This document shows positions 24,043-36,487 of a DNA stretch of 64,000 nucleotides, in pieces; positions within the stretch are counted from its first letter, which is position 1, and each line of letters opens with the position of its first letter. The notes under the pieces are model-generated. The model worked only from the letters and a program-made list of their open reading frames with translations, did no database searches and was not told the DNA's origin. Location: the NCBI GenBank assembly GCA_052327205.1, contig CM126202.1, positions 83,886,001 to 83,950,000 on the forward strand, read 5' to 3'. The stretch is from Somniosus microcephalus. Its lineage: Eukaryota. The position numbers and the translations under genes are program-made.

Positions 24043-25265
24043 ATAGAATCGTTACAGCACAGTAGGAGGCCATTCGGCCTGTCGAGCCCATGCCGGCTTT
24101 CTGCAGGAGCACTACAGCTAGTCGGAATCCCCCCGCCCTTTCCCCGTAGCCCTGCAAATTTTTTTATCCAGCTACTTCTCTAATTTCCTTTTGAAAGCCA
24201 CGATCGAATCTGCCTCCACCACCCTTTCGGGCGGTGCATTCCAGATCATAACCACTCGCTGCGTAAAAAAGGTTTTTCTCATGTCTCCTTTTGGATCTTC
24301 TGCCAATCACTTTAAATCTGTGTCCTCTGGTTCTCGACCCTTCCGCCAATGGGAACAGTTTCTCTCTATCTACTCTGTCTAGACCCCTTGTGATTTTGAA
24401 TACCTCTATCAAATCTCCTCTCAATCTTCTCTGCTTTAAGGAGAACAACTCCAGTCTATCCACGTAACTGAAGTCCCTCATCCCTGGAACAATTCTTGTA
24501 AATCTTCCTACCAAAATGTATCACTTCGCACTTTTTGCGTTAAACTTCATCTGCCACGTGTCCGCCCATTCCACCAGCTTGTTTATGTCCTCTTGAAGCC
24601 TTTCACTGTTCTCCTCACTGTTCACTATACAGGTAGACTACCCTTTATCCGGACTTCCGAAAACCGAAACCCTCTTAAAAACCAAAGGTCTTTTCGGTCA
24701 GCGTAAGTCGTGCGCACGACATGACCAGAGTGGCGCACGACTTACAGGCCTCGCCGGATAAGGGATAGTGTAGCATTTTCCCGCACTTCTGAAAACCGAA
24801 ATCGCTCAGCGTAAGTGTACCAGCCTTTATCCGCACATCCGAAACCAGAAAACCTCTGAAAGCCGAAAGTGGCGCAAAGCATGACTTCTGAAAACCGAAA
24901 TCGCTCAGCGTAAGCCGTGCGCACAACCCCGACCCCCGCCCACCCCCACCCCCCACCCTTTCGGATAAGGGATAGTGCACCCTTTATCCGCACTCCCGCA
25001 AACCGAATTACTCTGAAAACCGAAGTGTTTTCGCGCACCTTCCGAAATCCGAAATTTTCCTAAAACCGAAACACGGCTGGTCCCGAGGTTTTCGGATAAA
25101 GGATAGTCTACCTGTACTTCCAATTTTGTGTCATCCAAAAATTTTGACATAGTGCCCTGTACACCCAAGTCCAAGTCATTAATATATATCAAGAAAAGCA
25201 GTGGTCCTGGTACCGACCCCTGGGGAACACCACTGTGCACCTTCCTCCAGTCTGAAAAACAACTT
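24043..25265 (-). mobile_element. CR1 LINE fragment (RT C-terminal part, internally deleted) interrupted by a MITE
   Basis: [21 protein letters not shown]...DDTKL; RLRGDLIEVFKI; RTRGHRFK. Confidence 0.9.
24630..25114. mobile_element. 485-bp Tc1/mariner (pogo/Tigger-like) MITE
   Basis: 22-bp TIR CAGGTAGACTA(C/T)CCTTTATCCG; TA duplicated on both sides; the host CR1 is restored when it is removed. Confidence 0.9.
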
Positions 25266-26079
25266 TTTTTGCAACTCCTTTTCCAAGAACCCTTGCTTAG
25301 TTTTCATTGGATGTACCATAATGAAAGAGTTGAGCTTAAAAGTTGATGTTGGAAATGACCACTTCTGAAATGTTTGCTAACCTGATGTAGAGAATACATA
25401 TTCTTAGTCCACAAATTGCTGCTGTGATTGATCAGAGAAAGAGATCTTTGCATGAAGATTCACTGAAGAAAGCAACCCTTTAGCAATACTCTGCCTCAAC
25501 AAATAACAAGCTGCAATGCAGAAGTGCACACATGCAGTTATCTGTAAACTGTCTGCTGTTGTCACTTAAACATGTATGTGCACGCAAAGTTCCAAAAATA
25601 TATACCTTTTTTGGGAAGGGGATTAAGAGGAACAATTAAGGCAAGCTGAGAACTTTGAATGAAGGTTCCAGGAACATTTTGGTCTTACGGGATCATGTTT
25701 CATGATTTTTGAACTCTTAACAGTTTGAATACTTTATGCTAAAGCATATTACAGGAAAACTATTGCATATACTATCATTTATTGCAGCAGTTTGCAAAAG
25801 CCGCTTTGATTACTTAATTTTCTGCTTAGCCTATTGGGCCAGGAATAGTATGAATAATAGCTTGACTTGGGAAGCTTTTTTTCTGTTAAATGTTTCCAAC
25901 CTTAAGCTGTGGAAACATGTCGAGTCCTTTGAGAGACTTTGCGTTTTAGCCTGAATTCATAACAGTGCTAGAAAACAACCAATTTGCGACCATGTTATGC
26001 AACTGCATTTTTAAAGCAGACTTGCAAAATATTTTGACATGAAAATACCTGATCTATGTAACATTTTTTTTCCCCCTAG

Positions 26080-26224
26080 AGGAGCAAACTTTAGCACTTT
26101 GCTCATGAACTTGGGTGCTGAGAACTGTGCAACTCTACTGTATTTTGTCTTGATGGAAAACAAGGTTCTGCTGCACTCTCTGAGGCCTGCTGTGTTGACA
26201 GGTGTGGCTGAAGCTGTTGTAGCT
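26080..26224 (+). CDS. DENND4C: DENND4C exon (R)[12 protein letters not shown]...AEAVVA, cDENN
   Basis: tccccctag|A GGA...GCT|gtaagt; 145 nt. Confidence 0.95.
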
Positions 26225-26325
26225 GTAAGTATTGGTGTGTTAACCTAAAACCATTTGGATTTTTATAACAATAGTAATCTGTATTAATAATTTCACTTGC
26301 ATTGGTTTTTGATTCTCTTTTTCAG

Positions 26326-26501
26326 ATGATCTTTCCTTTCCAATGGCAGTGTCCATATATTCCACTCTGTCCATTGTCCCTAGCTGTAGTCCTCAATGCA
26401 CCGTTTCCGTTTATTGTAGGTGTTGATTCACGCTATTTTGATCTTTATGACCCACCTCTGGATGTTGTATGTGTGGACCTGGATACAAATACAATATATC
26501 T
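26326..26501 (+). CDS. DENND4C: DENND4C exon [13 protein letters not shown]...DLDTNTIY(L), cDENN
   Basis: tttttcag|ATG...TATCT|gtaagt; 176 nt. Confidence 0.96.
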
Positions 26502-26669
26502 GTAAGTATCGGTACTTGACTCTTGTAGCTCTGTGGCTTCTTTTGTATCTTTATTAAGACTCACTAGGTTGCAAGATAATGTTTGGGCTCACATTCTTCC
26601 CTTCAGGGAAGTAATGGAAGTATACTCGTAACATTTTAAATAAATAGGTGTATGTTTGCATAAAGGTCA

Positions 26670-26900
26670 TTATAGAAGCATACAGCCAGAAGGAGGCCAT
26701 TCGGCCTATCGTGTATATGCCAGCTCTTTGGTAGAGCTATCCAATGAGTCCCACTCCCCTGCTCTTTCCCCATAGCCCCACAAATTTCTCCTTTTCAAGT
26801 ATATATCTAATTCTCTTATGAAAGTAACCATTTGCATCTGCTTCCACCACCTTTTCAGGTAGTGCATTTCAGATCATAACCAGTTGCATAAAAAAATTCT
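26670..26900 (-). mobile_element. CR1 3' end
   Basis: GAAGGAGGCCATTCGGCC...TCTGCTTCCACCACCCTTT; similar to 24043-24280. Confidence 0.75.
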
Positions 26901-27084
26901 CTGTATAAATTCTGCTTGATACTGTCAGGCCAAAACTATTATGATTCTAGGATTAAATGCATAATAGGACTTCAAATCAATTTAATCTGTGTGGAAAAAG
27001 GTCTCTATTCCTACCAGAAGGGACAAGCCTAGTAAGATTAGTACCATGGTAGCTGAATTGAGGTCAGAAATGAGCAACAAAACT

Positions 27085-27500
27085 GAACAACTTGCATTTA
27101 TATAGTGCCTTTAACATAGTCGAAGTGTCTTGGGATAGTTTACTTTGAATCAAACAAAAACTGACACCAAGCCAAGGAAGGAGACATTAGCACAGGTGAC
27201 CAAAAGTTTGGTCAAAAGAGGTAGGTTTTAAGGAGGGTTTCAAAGGAGGAGAGAGAGGCAGTGTTTTAGGGAAAGAATTCCAGAGTTTGGGGCCTATATC
27301 GTTGAAAGCAGGGCTGCCAGTGGTGGGACAAAAGGAGTCGGGTTCACGAGGCCAGAATTGGAGGAACGCAGAGTTCTCGGAGGGTGTTAAGGCTGGAGCA
27401 GGTTATAGAGATAGGGAGGGGCAAAGTCATGGAGAAATTTGAACACGAGAACGAGAATTTTAAATTTGAGGCGTTGGTGGACTGGGAGCCAATGCAAGTC
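27085..27500 (-). mobile_element. L2-type LINE 3' fragment
   Basis: AACAACTTGCATTTATATAGTGCC tail; GACCAAAAG-TTGGTCAAA hairpin. Confidence 0.8.
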
Positions 27501-27773
27501 TCTCAGGGGCGATGGGTGAATTTACAAGGAAGCACAGGGAAGACTTGGAGCCATACAAAATTCAGTTGAGGGCAACTAAAATGAGTGTAAGAGGAGGTAA
27601 GGGGGAGGAGGGAGACAAGGTGACACAGTTGGTCTCAATCCAGGTGTATTTAGATTGGGGTTGAGGTATATTGCTGGAGCAGAGTAGAGGAAGCTTCATA
27701 ACACAAATGTGTGCTATACCTGACCTGGGAATGCTGCTTGCTGCTGCTGATTGTTTTTGCTTTTGTTTTATAG

Positions 27774-27874
27774 ATCTGATGACCGGAAAAATTTAAGCTG
27801 GAAGCAACTTCCAAAGAAGCCTGGGAAGAATCTCTTCAGTTCCTTAGTGAATCTACAAAACCAGCTTTCATTGA
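27774..27874 (+). CDS. DENND4C: DENND4C exon (L)[33 protein letters not shown]
   Basis: ttttatag|A TCT...TTG A|gtaaga; 101 nt; not in ORF track. Confidence 0.93.
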
Positions 27875-28574
27875 GTAAGAAAGCGAAGGAATAGTCATTT
27901 TTGAGAAATTATAATCATTTGTAATTTTGGGTCATTCTTTAGAAGTTCCTTTTGTGATTTTTGTCATGCTTTGCTTAAATCCCAAAGAAATAGGTATTCT
28001 GAAAGTGCCTACCTATATATTTTGATAATTTTATAATTCCAGTTTAAAAAAAAAAAAAAAAATCCATTCCCCTTTTGTACTAAATATTGTTTTTTTTTTT
28101 TTAAGGTGTTTTTACTTTTATTTTAGCAATCTTGCTAAACTTTTTTGTGCTGTCATGGCATTTGTTCTACATTCAAGGGAAGTATTAGTTCATTGGTTTC
28201 ACGAACAGTGGAATCACTAATATTGAGGCTGTATCACCTCAGCGCATTATATCTGCCAGGCTTGCAGGAAGGTGATACACTTGTTATTGTGTCTATTATT
28301 CCAGTAGAATGAAAAGCCAGCAGGGTTTAAGGTGCACTCGGCAATATTTGACTGGCATTTTGTTTTTTTAGATACCTGCCAGTACAATGTCACATACAAG
28401 CTACTGTAAATATAGTATACTGATTCCAAGTTTTGTGCTTAAAAAAATTGAATTATCCAATAGTTTGAATTAAGCACTGTAAATACACCAAAGTTGCAAT
28501 TCAATACTAAAAAAAATTGAATTGTCAAATTTTGATTTAAGTGACTTCAGGTTAGACTGTCCTACTGAGAGTTG

Positions 28575-29150
28575 CACATAGAATCATAGAAATTTACAGC
28601 ACAGAAGGAGGCCATTTGGCCCATGACTTACTCGAGGTTGAAAACGTGCAGTATGTAAGTTACCTTTTGCTCTCCTCACACATTTCCTCACGCTTAAATT
28701 AATGCCCCCTCATCATTGACTCTCTAACCTCAGGAATTAGTATGTTCCTATTCGCCCTATGGAAATTGTACATAATTTTAAAATCTCTTGGCCTCCTCTG
28801 CTCAGTGGAAAAGTCCCTGTATCTCCTCTCATCTCATCACACAGCTATAATTTCTTGTCCCTACTATTGTGATGAATCTCCTCTTCTTAGGCAGTCCCTC
28901 GGAACCGAGGATGAATCTACATTATACACACCAAGTTTAATGACCTTTCCATCATAGTGTCCAAAAGTGTGTACACTATTCATTGTGGTCTAAATATTGC
29001 CTTGTACAAATTAATCATAACCTTTTAGTTTTTCTATTCTCTACCCCTATTTATAAAACTCAGTTATTGCAATTTATTATGGCTTCATCCACCTGAATTA
29101 TTATTTGCAACCCCGGGTACCTGTTTCTTAGCACCTTTGAGCATCTTTCT
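28575..29150 (-). mobile_element. Degraded CR1 3' region
   Basis: CATAGAATCATAGAAATTTACAGCACAGAAGGAGGCC terminus followed by decayed ORF2 sequence. Confidence 0.55.
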
Positions 29151-29285
29151 GTTGAGTTCATATTCTAGTTGGCTGACTGAGCTTCAAAGTGAAGTCAGGT
29201 GCAGATTGTTCTGGCTGTGAAGACATTCAGCTGTTCAAGCTACTACACAAGTTTGAGTTTTGTTGATTTCTATCATATGGTTTAG

Positions 29286-29504
29286 TTCACAGGAGAGCAC
29301 AGGAAGGGTCTGCTGTAGAGATGACGCCTATAGAGGCTGATTTTTCTTGGCAAAGGAAGATGATTTCACTGGAAATGGAAATCCAGGAGGCCTTTCTACG
29401 TTTCATGGCATCCATATTGAAGGGATATAGAACATACCTCAAACCAATAACCCAGGCTCCTTCTGAGAAAGCTACTTCTGCAAATTCACTATATGATCTG
29501 CAAG
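29286..29504 (+). CDS. DENND4C: DENND4C exon (I)[19 protein letters not shown]...YDLQ(G), dDENN
   Basis: ggtttag|TT CAC...CAA G|gtaata; 219 nt. Confidence 0.94.
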
Positions 29505-32458
29505 GTAATATTTTTTTTAAATCGTGCATATCTAATCTTTTGAATTTCAGCATTTCAAAGGGCAATTTGTTTAGTTCAGTTTTCATGCTAGGAGTTGAAA
29601 GATAAACTGCTGAGGCTAGCTAAAGTACAGCTTCGGCCTGTTTTTCTCACAGTAAATTTTTTTAAATGTTGTACTCTTGAGCTAAGAATCTGAGTGTACC
29701 AATTAAATTTCTGTTCAAGGTTTGCACCAGTTGGTTTGAATGTCAGTGAGGAACTTCCTTACTTTACTGGCTCTGTTTTAGTTTATATCTTGAACATGAA
29801 ATTTCTGTTGTCTATCTTGGGGTGTGAAAAGGGGCCACAGTTTCTATTTTAATGAAGGGAAATATAAACATGCATGATGCACAGAATATTAAGTACACAT
29901 TCTATGGGTCCCTGCTTCTGATCACTGGCCAGTGACTTTTGCTAGAAATTGCACATCTTCATGCTGGATGAAAATTGAATTAGGTTCATCAATGATGCTC
30001 CCACAATCAAATAGTCTGCTGACACTTGATTCTTGTGAGACAAGACTTGAGTGAGGTACTCGATTGTTAATAAAACCGTAGCCTTGTCTAAGTTGGCACT
30101 TTTTTAGGAGAGGGGAAATAGAACGTTGGGAGGGTAACATAGTAACTCGAGCACAACGATAAGGTGATTGGAGAAAACTTTCAGTAGAAATGTTTACATG
30201 ATTGATGCATTACTTGAATAGCAAAGAGATGGATGAGCTGTCCAGACATCTAACAGCACCAGTTAAACTCATCACTCAGAAGTACTTTGGAGTAGCTCAA
30301 GATGTCTTGCCTGGAAATTGTATTTTTTTTTCTTCCCTGTGGGAATGCACCTACTCCCATTCAGTAGTTAATTGTGGTGGATAGCCATGATCTGATGAGT
30401 GGAAATTTACAGGAAGGCATCCATATGATCCCACTCTCTGTAATACAGCATTGGAACACTTCTGTGTGTGTGTGTGATTTTCCTTTCTCATTCTCTACTT
30501 TATTTTCTTACGAAGTTGCTTTCCCATTTGCTTACAGATTCTCTTACATTTCAGTTTATGCTGGAATTGAGTAGTGCTGTGTCTTAAATCATTTAGAGAT
30601 AGTGGGATTAACTTAAAAGGGAATCTGTTGGCTATATTTTGGAAGATCATGATATCACTCATGTTAGGGTCTGAAGTTGCTCTTGACAAGTGTTTGAGTT
30701 TCCTGTTGTGCCAAAGTGGGGACAGCACTGACCTATTTAAGAGAATCTTCAGTGGTGTACAGCGTTCCTTTTTGGTTACCGGAGCTAGTGCCATCATGGG
30801 GTGCCACTATTTTGAGGATCGTTTGAGTGGGAGTACTAAATGAGTGTATACAGGAGCCAAAGCCAATCATGGGTTTTGTGAGGGCAATGTTCAAGAAGCG
30901 ATAACTCTGAATTGAGCTGATCAAGAAAACAGTGCTTAAAATTTTGAGAGGCTGAATTTTTGCCTTTTCTTAGGGAGCTGTTGGGTGTTGAAGTCATATC
31001 TGTGGCCTTTTGGCAATATTTTCAGTTATTTTGAGTGCTGATGTTACAGGTGGTCAATATGCAAACTGTAAGTCAGTCTGCAGTGCAGCAACTAAGTATT
31101 CCCAGAAGAATATAATTGATTTTGCGTCTTAATGCAAACTCTATCGAAGCACCATTCCACCCCACTTTGTAAAGTTCAATTACTCCTTTCCCATCTTTGC
31201 AGTTTAAGCTGATCTCGTGTCATTTTTAACCAGAGTCCAACAGTTTGATTCCCTTCAACTTGAGTCATTTTTTCATTTCTGTTTCCACTTGAGACAGTGT
31301 ACACCATTTCGTTTTTCCCTGATTGCAACACTACACATTGCCTTTGTAGCTCAAGGAAGACTCTGAGCTAACATATTAATGCACCAACATTTTCAAACTT
31401 CATTTGGTGTACTCATTGGAAGTTAGGTTTTCATAAAGTTCATAGAAGGGTGGGTCTCGGCACTGTAAATTGCTATACCCTAAATGTCATAAAGGAAGGT
31501 ATCTGCAATTGCTGTTTTTTCTTGGTGCTTTGTGTTCTTCAGTGCTGCAAAAGTGCAAATTGGAGGTGGTCTGAGAGCAGACATTGGGCAGAATTTATCT
31601 TCCCGCTCTTCTGTCTCAGCTTTAATTTCTGCTGGAGTGACCTTATGAATGGGCAACAGTGAGGAAATTCTAACTCCTGATTGGATGCTGGTACAAATTA
31701 GAGAACTTGTTTATGTTCATTCAGTATAAAGTACTTGCTGCAAAAAAAATCTGTTGCAGGATGTTGTTGATTTTAGCTAATCATTTTCCTTTTGTGACCT
31801 TTGGTTTCTGGTTTTGCACTGAGTTACTTGTATGATACCCAAGCGACACTAACTGCACTTGGGTATCTCCAGGTCAGCACCCAAGTTGCTCTAAAGCATC
31901 AATTTCTGGTTTGGTCTAAGGAGCCGCTCCAAGAAGCGCCCATTAGTTGCACTGCCGAAGCAACTCTGTGCTTGAGATCACATGAAATTATTAGACACTA
32001 AAGGAGAGAAGGTTACCAAGGAAATTGCCGATGTCTGTTGCAAGACAACGTGGTTTTACAAGTTGGAACACAAGATCATCGACCTGATACTCTCCACAGA
32101 TGCTGCTTGACTTGGAGTATTTCCAGCATTTTCTGTTTTTATTTCAGATTTACATTATTCTCCATTCTCTCCTCTCCTCTTGAGACTTAATGAATGGAGG
32201 ATTTTGTATAAAATGTCCATTCTTGCTTTGGTTCCGAGAGACCAGCTTAAAATGGAGTGACATGACTTGAGAGAAACAAGTAAATGTCGAGACGTCCTTT
32301 TTTTGGCCGTTGACCATGGGGGCAGTTCTGATGACTACAGTTACCCATCAAGTATGAGACGCTCTCAGCTGTGCAGCTGGAATGTTGTACTGAAGCAGCT
32401 TCTAGCAGGTTATGCTGCTGTGCTTTCTTATCTAATTGCTGTGTTTTACGTTTGGTAG

Positions 32459-32604
32459 GGTTCTTGAAGTCTCGTGATCGGGCACATCAAAAGTTCTACA
32501 TTCAGTTGACTAAAACACAGATGTTTATTCGCTTCATTGAAGAGTGTTCTTTTGTGAGTGACAAGGATACTAGCCTAGTATTTTTTGATGACTGTATAGA
32601 TAAG
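32459..32604 (+). CDS. DENND4C: DENND4C exon (G)[13 protein letters not shown]...FFDDCIDK, dDENN
   Basis: tttggtag|GG TTC...AAG|gtaaga; 146 nt. Confidence 0.95.
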
Positions 32605-33087
32605 GTAAGAATTTGCAGGTTTTCAAATACAGTACCTGCTTTTCTCGCACTTTTTTAAAACCTTATGCATAATCATACTTAATCAGCAGTAACTGAACAA
32701 TCCAATTCTATATACAAATTTGATTAGCCATATTCTTATTACCAATTTTTTTTTATCAAGTAACTATGCAAGATCACAATAATGCTAAATGTTAGAAAGT
32801 ACAAGTTTTCTCGCAGCTGAACTGAGTTTGTAGCCTATTACAGCTTAATTTCTAATTTCAGTAAGTTTTCTTTTTACTTTGTATTTTAATACTGGTCTCG
32901 TGAAGATCTGTATTTTTTATTTGGGTCTTGGAGGTCACTGAGTGTATGTGTATCTGAATGGCTGGTGCAATTGAATTAAAGTTTCCAGAAGTACACAGTT
33001 TACAACTGTTTTCTAGTGTTCAAAGGTTCATGTAGAATTTAGTATTTTTTTTCAGTTTCGTTAAAATTTCCACTCTCTTGTCCCCAG

Positions 33088-33126
33088 CTTTTTCATTCTG
33101 ATAAAGGCACGGAGAAAGGAACCAAG
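33088..33126 (+). CDS. DENND4C: DENND4C 39-nt small exon LFHSDKGTEKGTK
   Basis: ctcttgtccccag|CTT...AAG|gttagc; phase 0-0; resembles mammalian LFPDKGTEKTDK as recalled. Confidence 0.88.
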
Positions 33127-33429
33127 GTTAGCATGATTTCTTGTGTAGTTTCTTCATTTTAATTTTTTTCCAGAAGTGGCAGCAATTCACTTCCAGTGAT
33201 GCACGGTAACTCTATCTTGAATTGGTCTGCACACCCAGGTGTTAGTATGAGAGTAGTAAAAGAATGATTAGTAACTGATATTGAGCACCAACTTAAGCTG
33301 CACAGATAGATTGTTTAAGCAAGTGAGAGGCTTATGGGATTATAATACAATCATGGTGTGAGTTGGGAGAAAGAAGGGTTTCAATTTCACAAAGGTAAAG
33401 TATTCAGGCAGGAACAACTGGAAGGAAAG

Positions 33430-34725
33430 TCAGCCTAAAGTCGGTGGTGGGGAAATTTTCACAGACAATAATCCGGGACAAAATTAATTGGCATTTGGAG
33501 AAGTATAGGCCAGTAATTGAAAATCAGCACGGATTTGTTAAAGACAAATCGTGTTTGACTAACTTGATCGAGTTCTTTGAACTAACGGAGAGGGTTGATG
33601 AGGGTAGTGCAGTTGATGTGTGCATGGACATTCAAAAGGCGTTGGATAAAGTACCACATAATAGATTTGTTAGCAAAATTGAAACCCATGGAATTAAAGG
33701 GACAATGACACCATGGATACAAAACTGACTTAAGAGACAGAAAGCAGAGCGTAGTGGTGAACAGTTGTTTTTCAGAATGAAGGTAGGTATACAGTGGTGT
33801 TACCCAGGGATCGGTATTAGGACCACTGCTCTTTTTGACACATATATTAATGACCTGGACTTGAGTATTTGCCGATGACCCAGAATTCGGGACTGTAGTA
33901 AACAATGAGTAAGTTAGTAACAGACTTCAGGAGGACATACAGACTGGTGAAATGGGCAGACACATGGCAGATTAAATTTAATGCAGAGAAGTGTGAAGTG
34001 ATCCATTTTGATAGGAAGAATGAAGATAGGCAATTTTGAAGGAGGTGCAGGAAGAGAGACCTGGAAGTGTGGCAGGACAAGTTGAGAAGGCTGTTAAAAA
34101 GCATATGGGATCCCTGGCTTTATAAACAGGCATAAGGTCAAAAGCAAGGGAGTTATGTTGGGGCCTAACCAGTGTTTTATAAAGGATTATCTGGAGTATT
34201 GTTCAGTTCTGGGCACCACACTTTAGAAGGATGTCAAGGCCTGTGAGAGGGTGAGGAGGAGATTTACTGGAATGGTAGCAGGGATGTGGGACTTCAGTTC
34301 CGTGGAGACTGGAGAAGCTGGGGTTGTTTTCCTTAGAGCAGGGAAGGTTAAGAAGGGATTTGATAGAGGTGTTCAAAATCATGAATGTTTTTGATAGTGA
34401 ATAAGGAGAAACTTTTTCCAGTGTCAGAAGGGTCGGTAACCAGAGGACACAGACTTAAGGTGATTAGCAAAAGAACCAGAGTCAACATAGGAAACATTTT
34501 TTTTACACAGTGAGTTGTTGTAATCTGTAATGCATTGCCTGAAAGGGTGGTGGAAGCAGATTCAATAGTAACATTCAGAAGAGAATTCGATAAGTACTTG
34601 AAGGGGAAAAAATTTACAGGACTATGGGAAGGAGTAGGGGAGTGGTGTTGCTCTACCAAAGAGCTGGCATAGACCTGATGGGCCACATGGCGCCTCTCCG
34701 TGCTGTATCATGCTATGATTCTGTG
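33430..34725 (+). mobile_element. CR1 LINE, RT region to 3' end, frameshifted
   Basis: QHGFVKDKSCLTNLIEFF, KALDKVPH, SGVTQGSVLGPLLF, FADD motifs. Confidence 0.9.
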
Positions 34726-34799
34726 CAAGTACAAAACATTTGATTGGTATAATCAGTGACCATATAACACGAGGTTAAGCAGAGTTATAGCAAATCAAC

Positions 34800-35685
34800 A
34801 ACAAACAACTTGCTTTTGCATAGTGGCTTTAACATAGAAAATATATTCCGATGTTTGGTCAAAGAGATTGCTTTTAAGTACGGCCTTAAACAATGACAGA
34901 GAGCTGAAAATACAGAAGGGTATAGGGAGGGCATTCTAAGTGTGGCTGAAGGCATGGCTGCCAATGGTAGGGTATGATGCAGAAGGGGCTAGATTCAAAG
35001 GAATGGAAGCTCAGGAAGGGGTATAAGACTGAAGGTTACAGAGTTGGGGAAGAGCAAGGCCATGAAGGGATTTAAATACAACTCTGCGAATTTTACATTT
35101 GAGGTGTTGGAGACCTGGGAGCTAATCAATGTTCCCTCTACGATGTGTGGTTGCACAGTAAGAGAAAGGTCCCATGCAGGCCACTCACCGGCTTCCCCAT
35201 TGTAAATACTGCACATGCACAGAAATGTAGAGGACTGCGCTGTGCGCAGCAAAGTGCGGTTTATAGGGAACATTAGAGCCAATATAAGGGAGTGAGGACA
35301 GGAATGAGTGGGACTTGGTCAGATAGGATACGGGCTGCAGAATTTTACATGAGCTGAAGTTTACATAGGGTGCAGGATTGGAGGCTGGCCTCAGGAGCAT
35401 TTGAATAGTCGAGTTTGAAGGTAACAAAGATGTTTCATTAGCAGATGGGATGAGGTGGGTAGGGGTGTAGGTGGACAATGTTAAGTAGTTAGAAGTTGGC
35501 AGTTTTTGTGCTAGAGAGGATATTGGGTCAGAAACTTACCTCGGGCTTAAATGGGGCACTGAACTGCCAACAGTCTAGTTCAGCCTGAAACAATGACCAA
35601 GGAGGGGGATTGAATTGGTGGCCAAGGTACAGAGTTTATCATGGGGCCAAAGACAATAGCTTTGGTCTTACTAATGTTTAGCTTG
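34800..35685 (-). mobile_element. L2-type LINE fragment interrupted by a MITE
   Basis: Reverse L2 tail; body similar to the other L2 copies in the window. Confidence 0.7.
35127..35275. mobile_element. hAT-type MITE, same TIR family as 8029-8187
   Basis: CAATGTTCCCTCTA ... TATAGGGAACATTA; flanks GAGCTAAT / GAGCCAAT (7/8 match). Confidence 0.8.
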
Positions 35686-35689
35686 AGGC

Positions 35690-36075
35690 AAGAATATAAG
35701 CATTAGGAGCAGGCCTTGGGCCATTCAACCCATCGAGCCTGCTCTGCCATTCAGTAAGATAATGGCTAATCTTCGATCTCAACTCCACTTACCCGCCTGA
35801 TCTCCATATCCATGGATTCCCCTGGAGTCCAAAAATCTATATCTCAGCCTTGAATATATGCAATAACTCTGCATCCACAGCCTTTTGGGGTAGGGAATTC
35901 CAAGGATTCACAACCCTCCAAGTGAAGAAATTCCTCTTCATCTCAGTCTTAAATGGCCGACCCCTTATCCTGAGACTATGCCCCCTAGTTCTAGACTCTC
36001 TAGCCAGGTGAAACAACCTCTCGGCATCTACCCTGTCAATCCCCCTCAGAATCTTGTCTGTTTCAATGAGAATAG
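35690..36075 (-). mobile_element. CR1 3' end
   Basis: KILRGIDRVDAERLF..ESRTRGHSLRIRGRPFKTEM (ORF 35837..36115). Confidence 0.88.
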
Positions 36076-36356
36076 GAAGTTTGTGATCTTGAGGAAGCTG
36101 AAGAGTTTTTTTCAATGGAAAATGTTAAGAATAGCAAGATTGGAGGAGGGAAGTGGGTGGTAAGGAAGCTTTTTAAAAAATAAAAAAAAAGTGGCTGGGG
36201 ATTGCATTGTGATCGAGGCTTCTGGTAGAGAGAGATGAGGGCGTTGTCCAAGGATTTGGGTGGGGGAGTCTATATGAAGGGGGAGAGTGAATGAAGACAG
36301 CAGGGCAATAAAGTCAGAGGGAAAAGTACTTATTTTCTGCATTTTTGCACATCAAG

Positions 36357-36487
36357 GTTGATGCTGACTACACTGAAGATACAAAGCTAATCGAGCTGGA
36401 CGAGTCACAGAGAAGTGAGCACACTGTGTTTATAATGCCTCTGGAACCTCCACCATCAGATGGACAAGATCTACCAGGGAAATTTAG
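36357..36487 (+). CDS. DENND4C: DENND4C exon [28 protein letters not shown]...GKF(S)
   Basis: gcacatcaag|GTT...TTTAG|gtattg; 131 nt; AAG acceptor. Confidence 0.92.

Noticed and set aside
24675-25038. Repeated-peptide ORFs ([18 protein letters not shown]) or a CRISPR-like array
   Set aside because: These come from translating the MITE's internal repeats. Spacing is irregular, there are no cas genes, and the context is eukaryotic.
28046-28102. Poly-A and poly-T runs that could pair; other homopolymers at about 4001, 22608 and 43175
   Set aside because: Ordinary low-complexity tracts. Their lengths are also prone to sequencing error.
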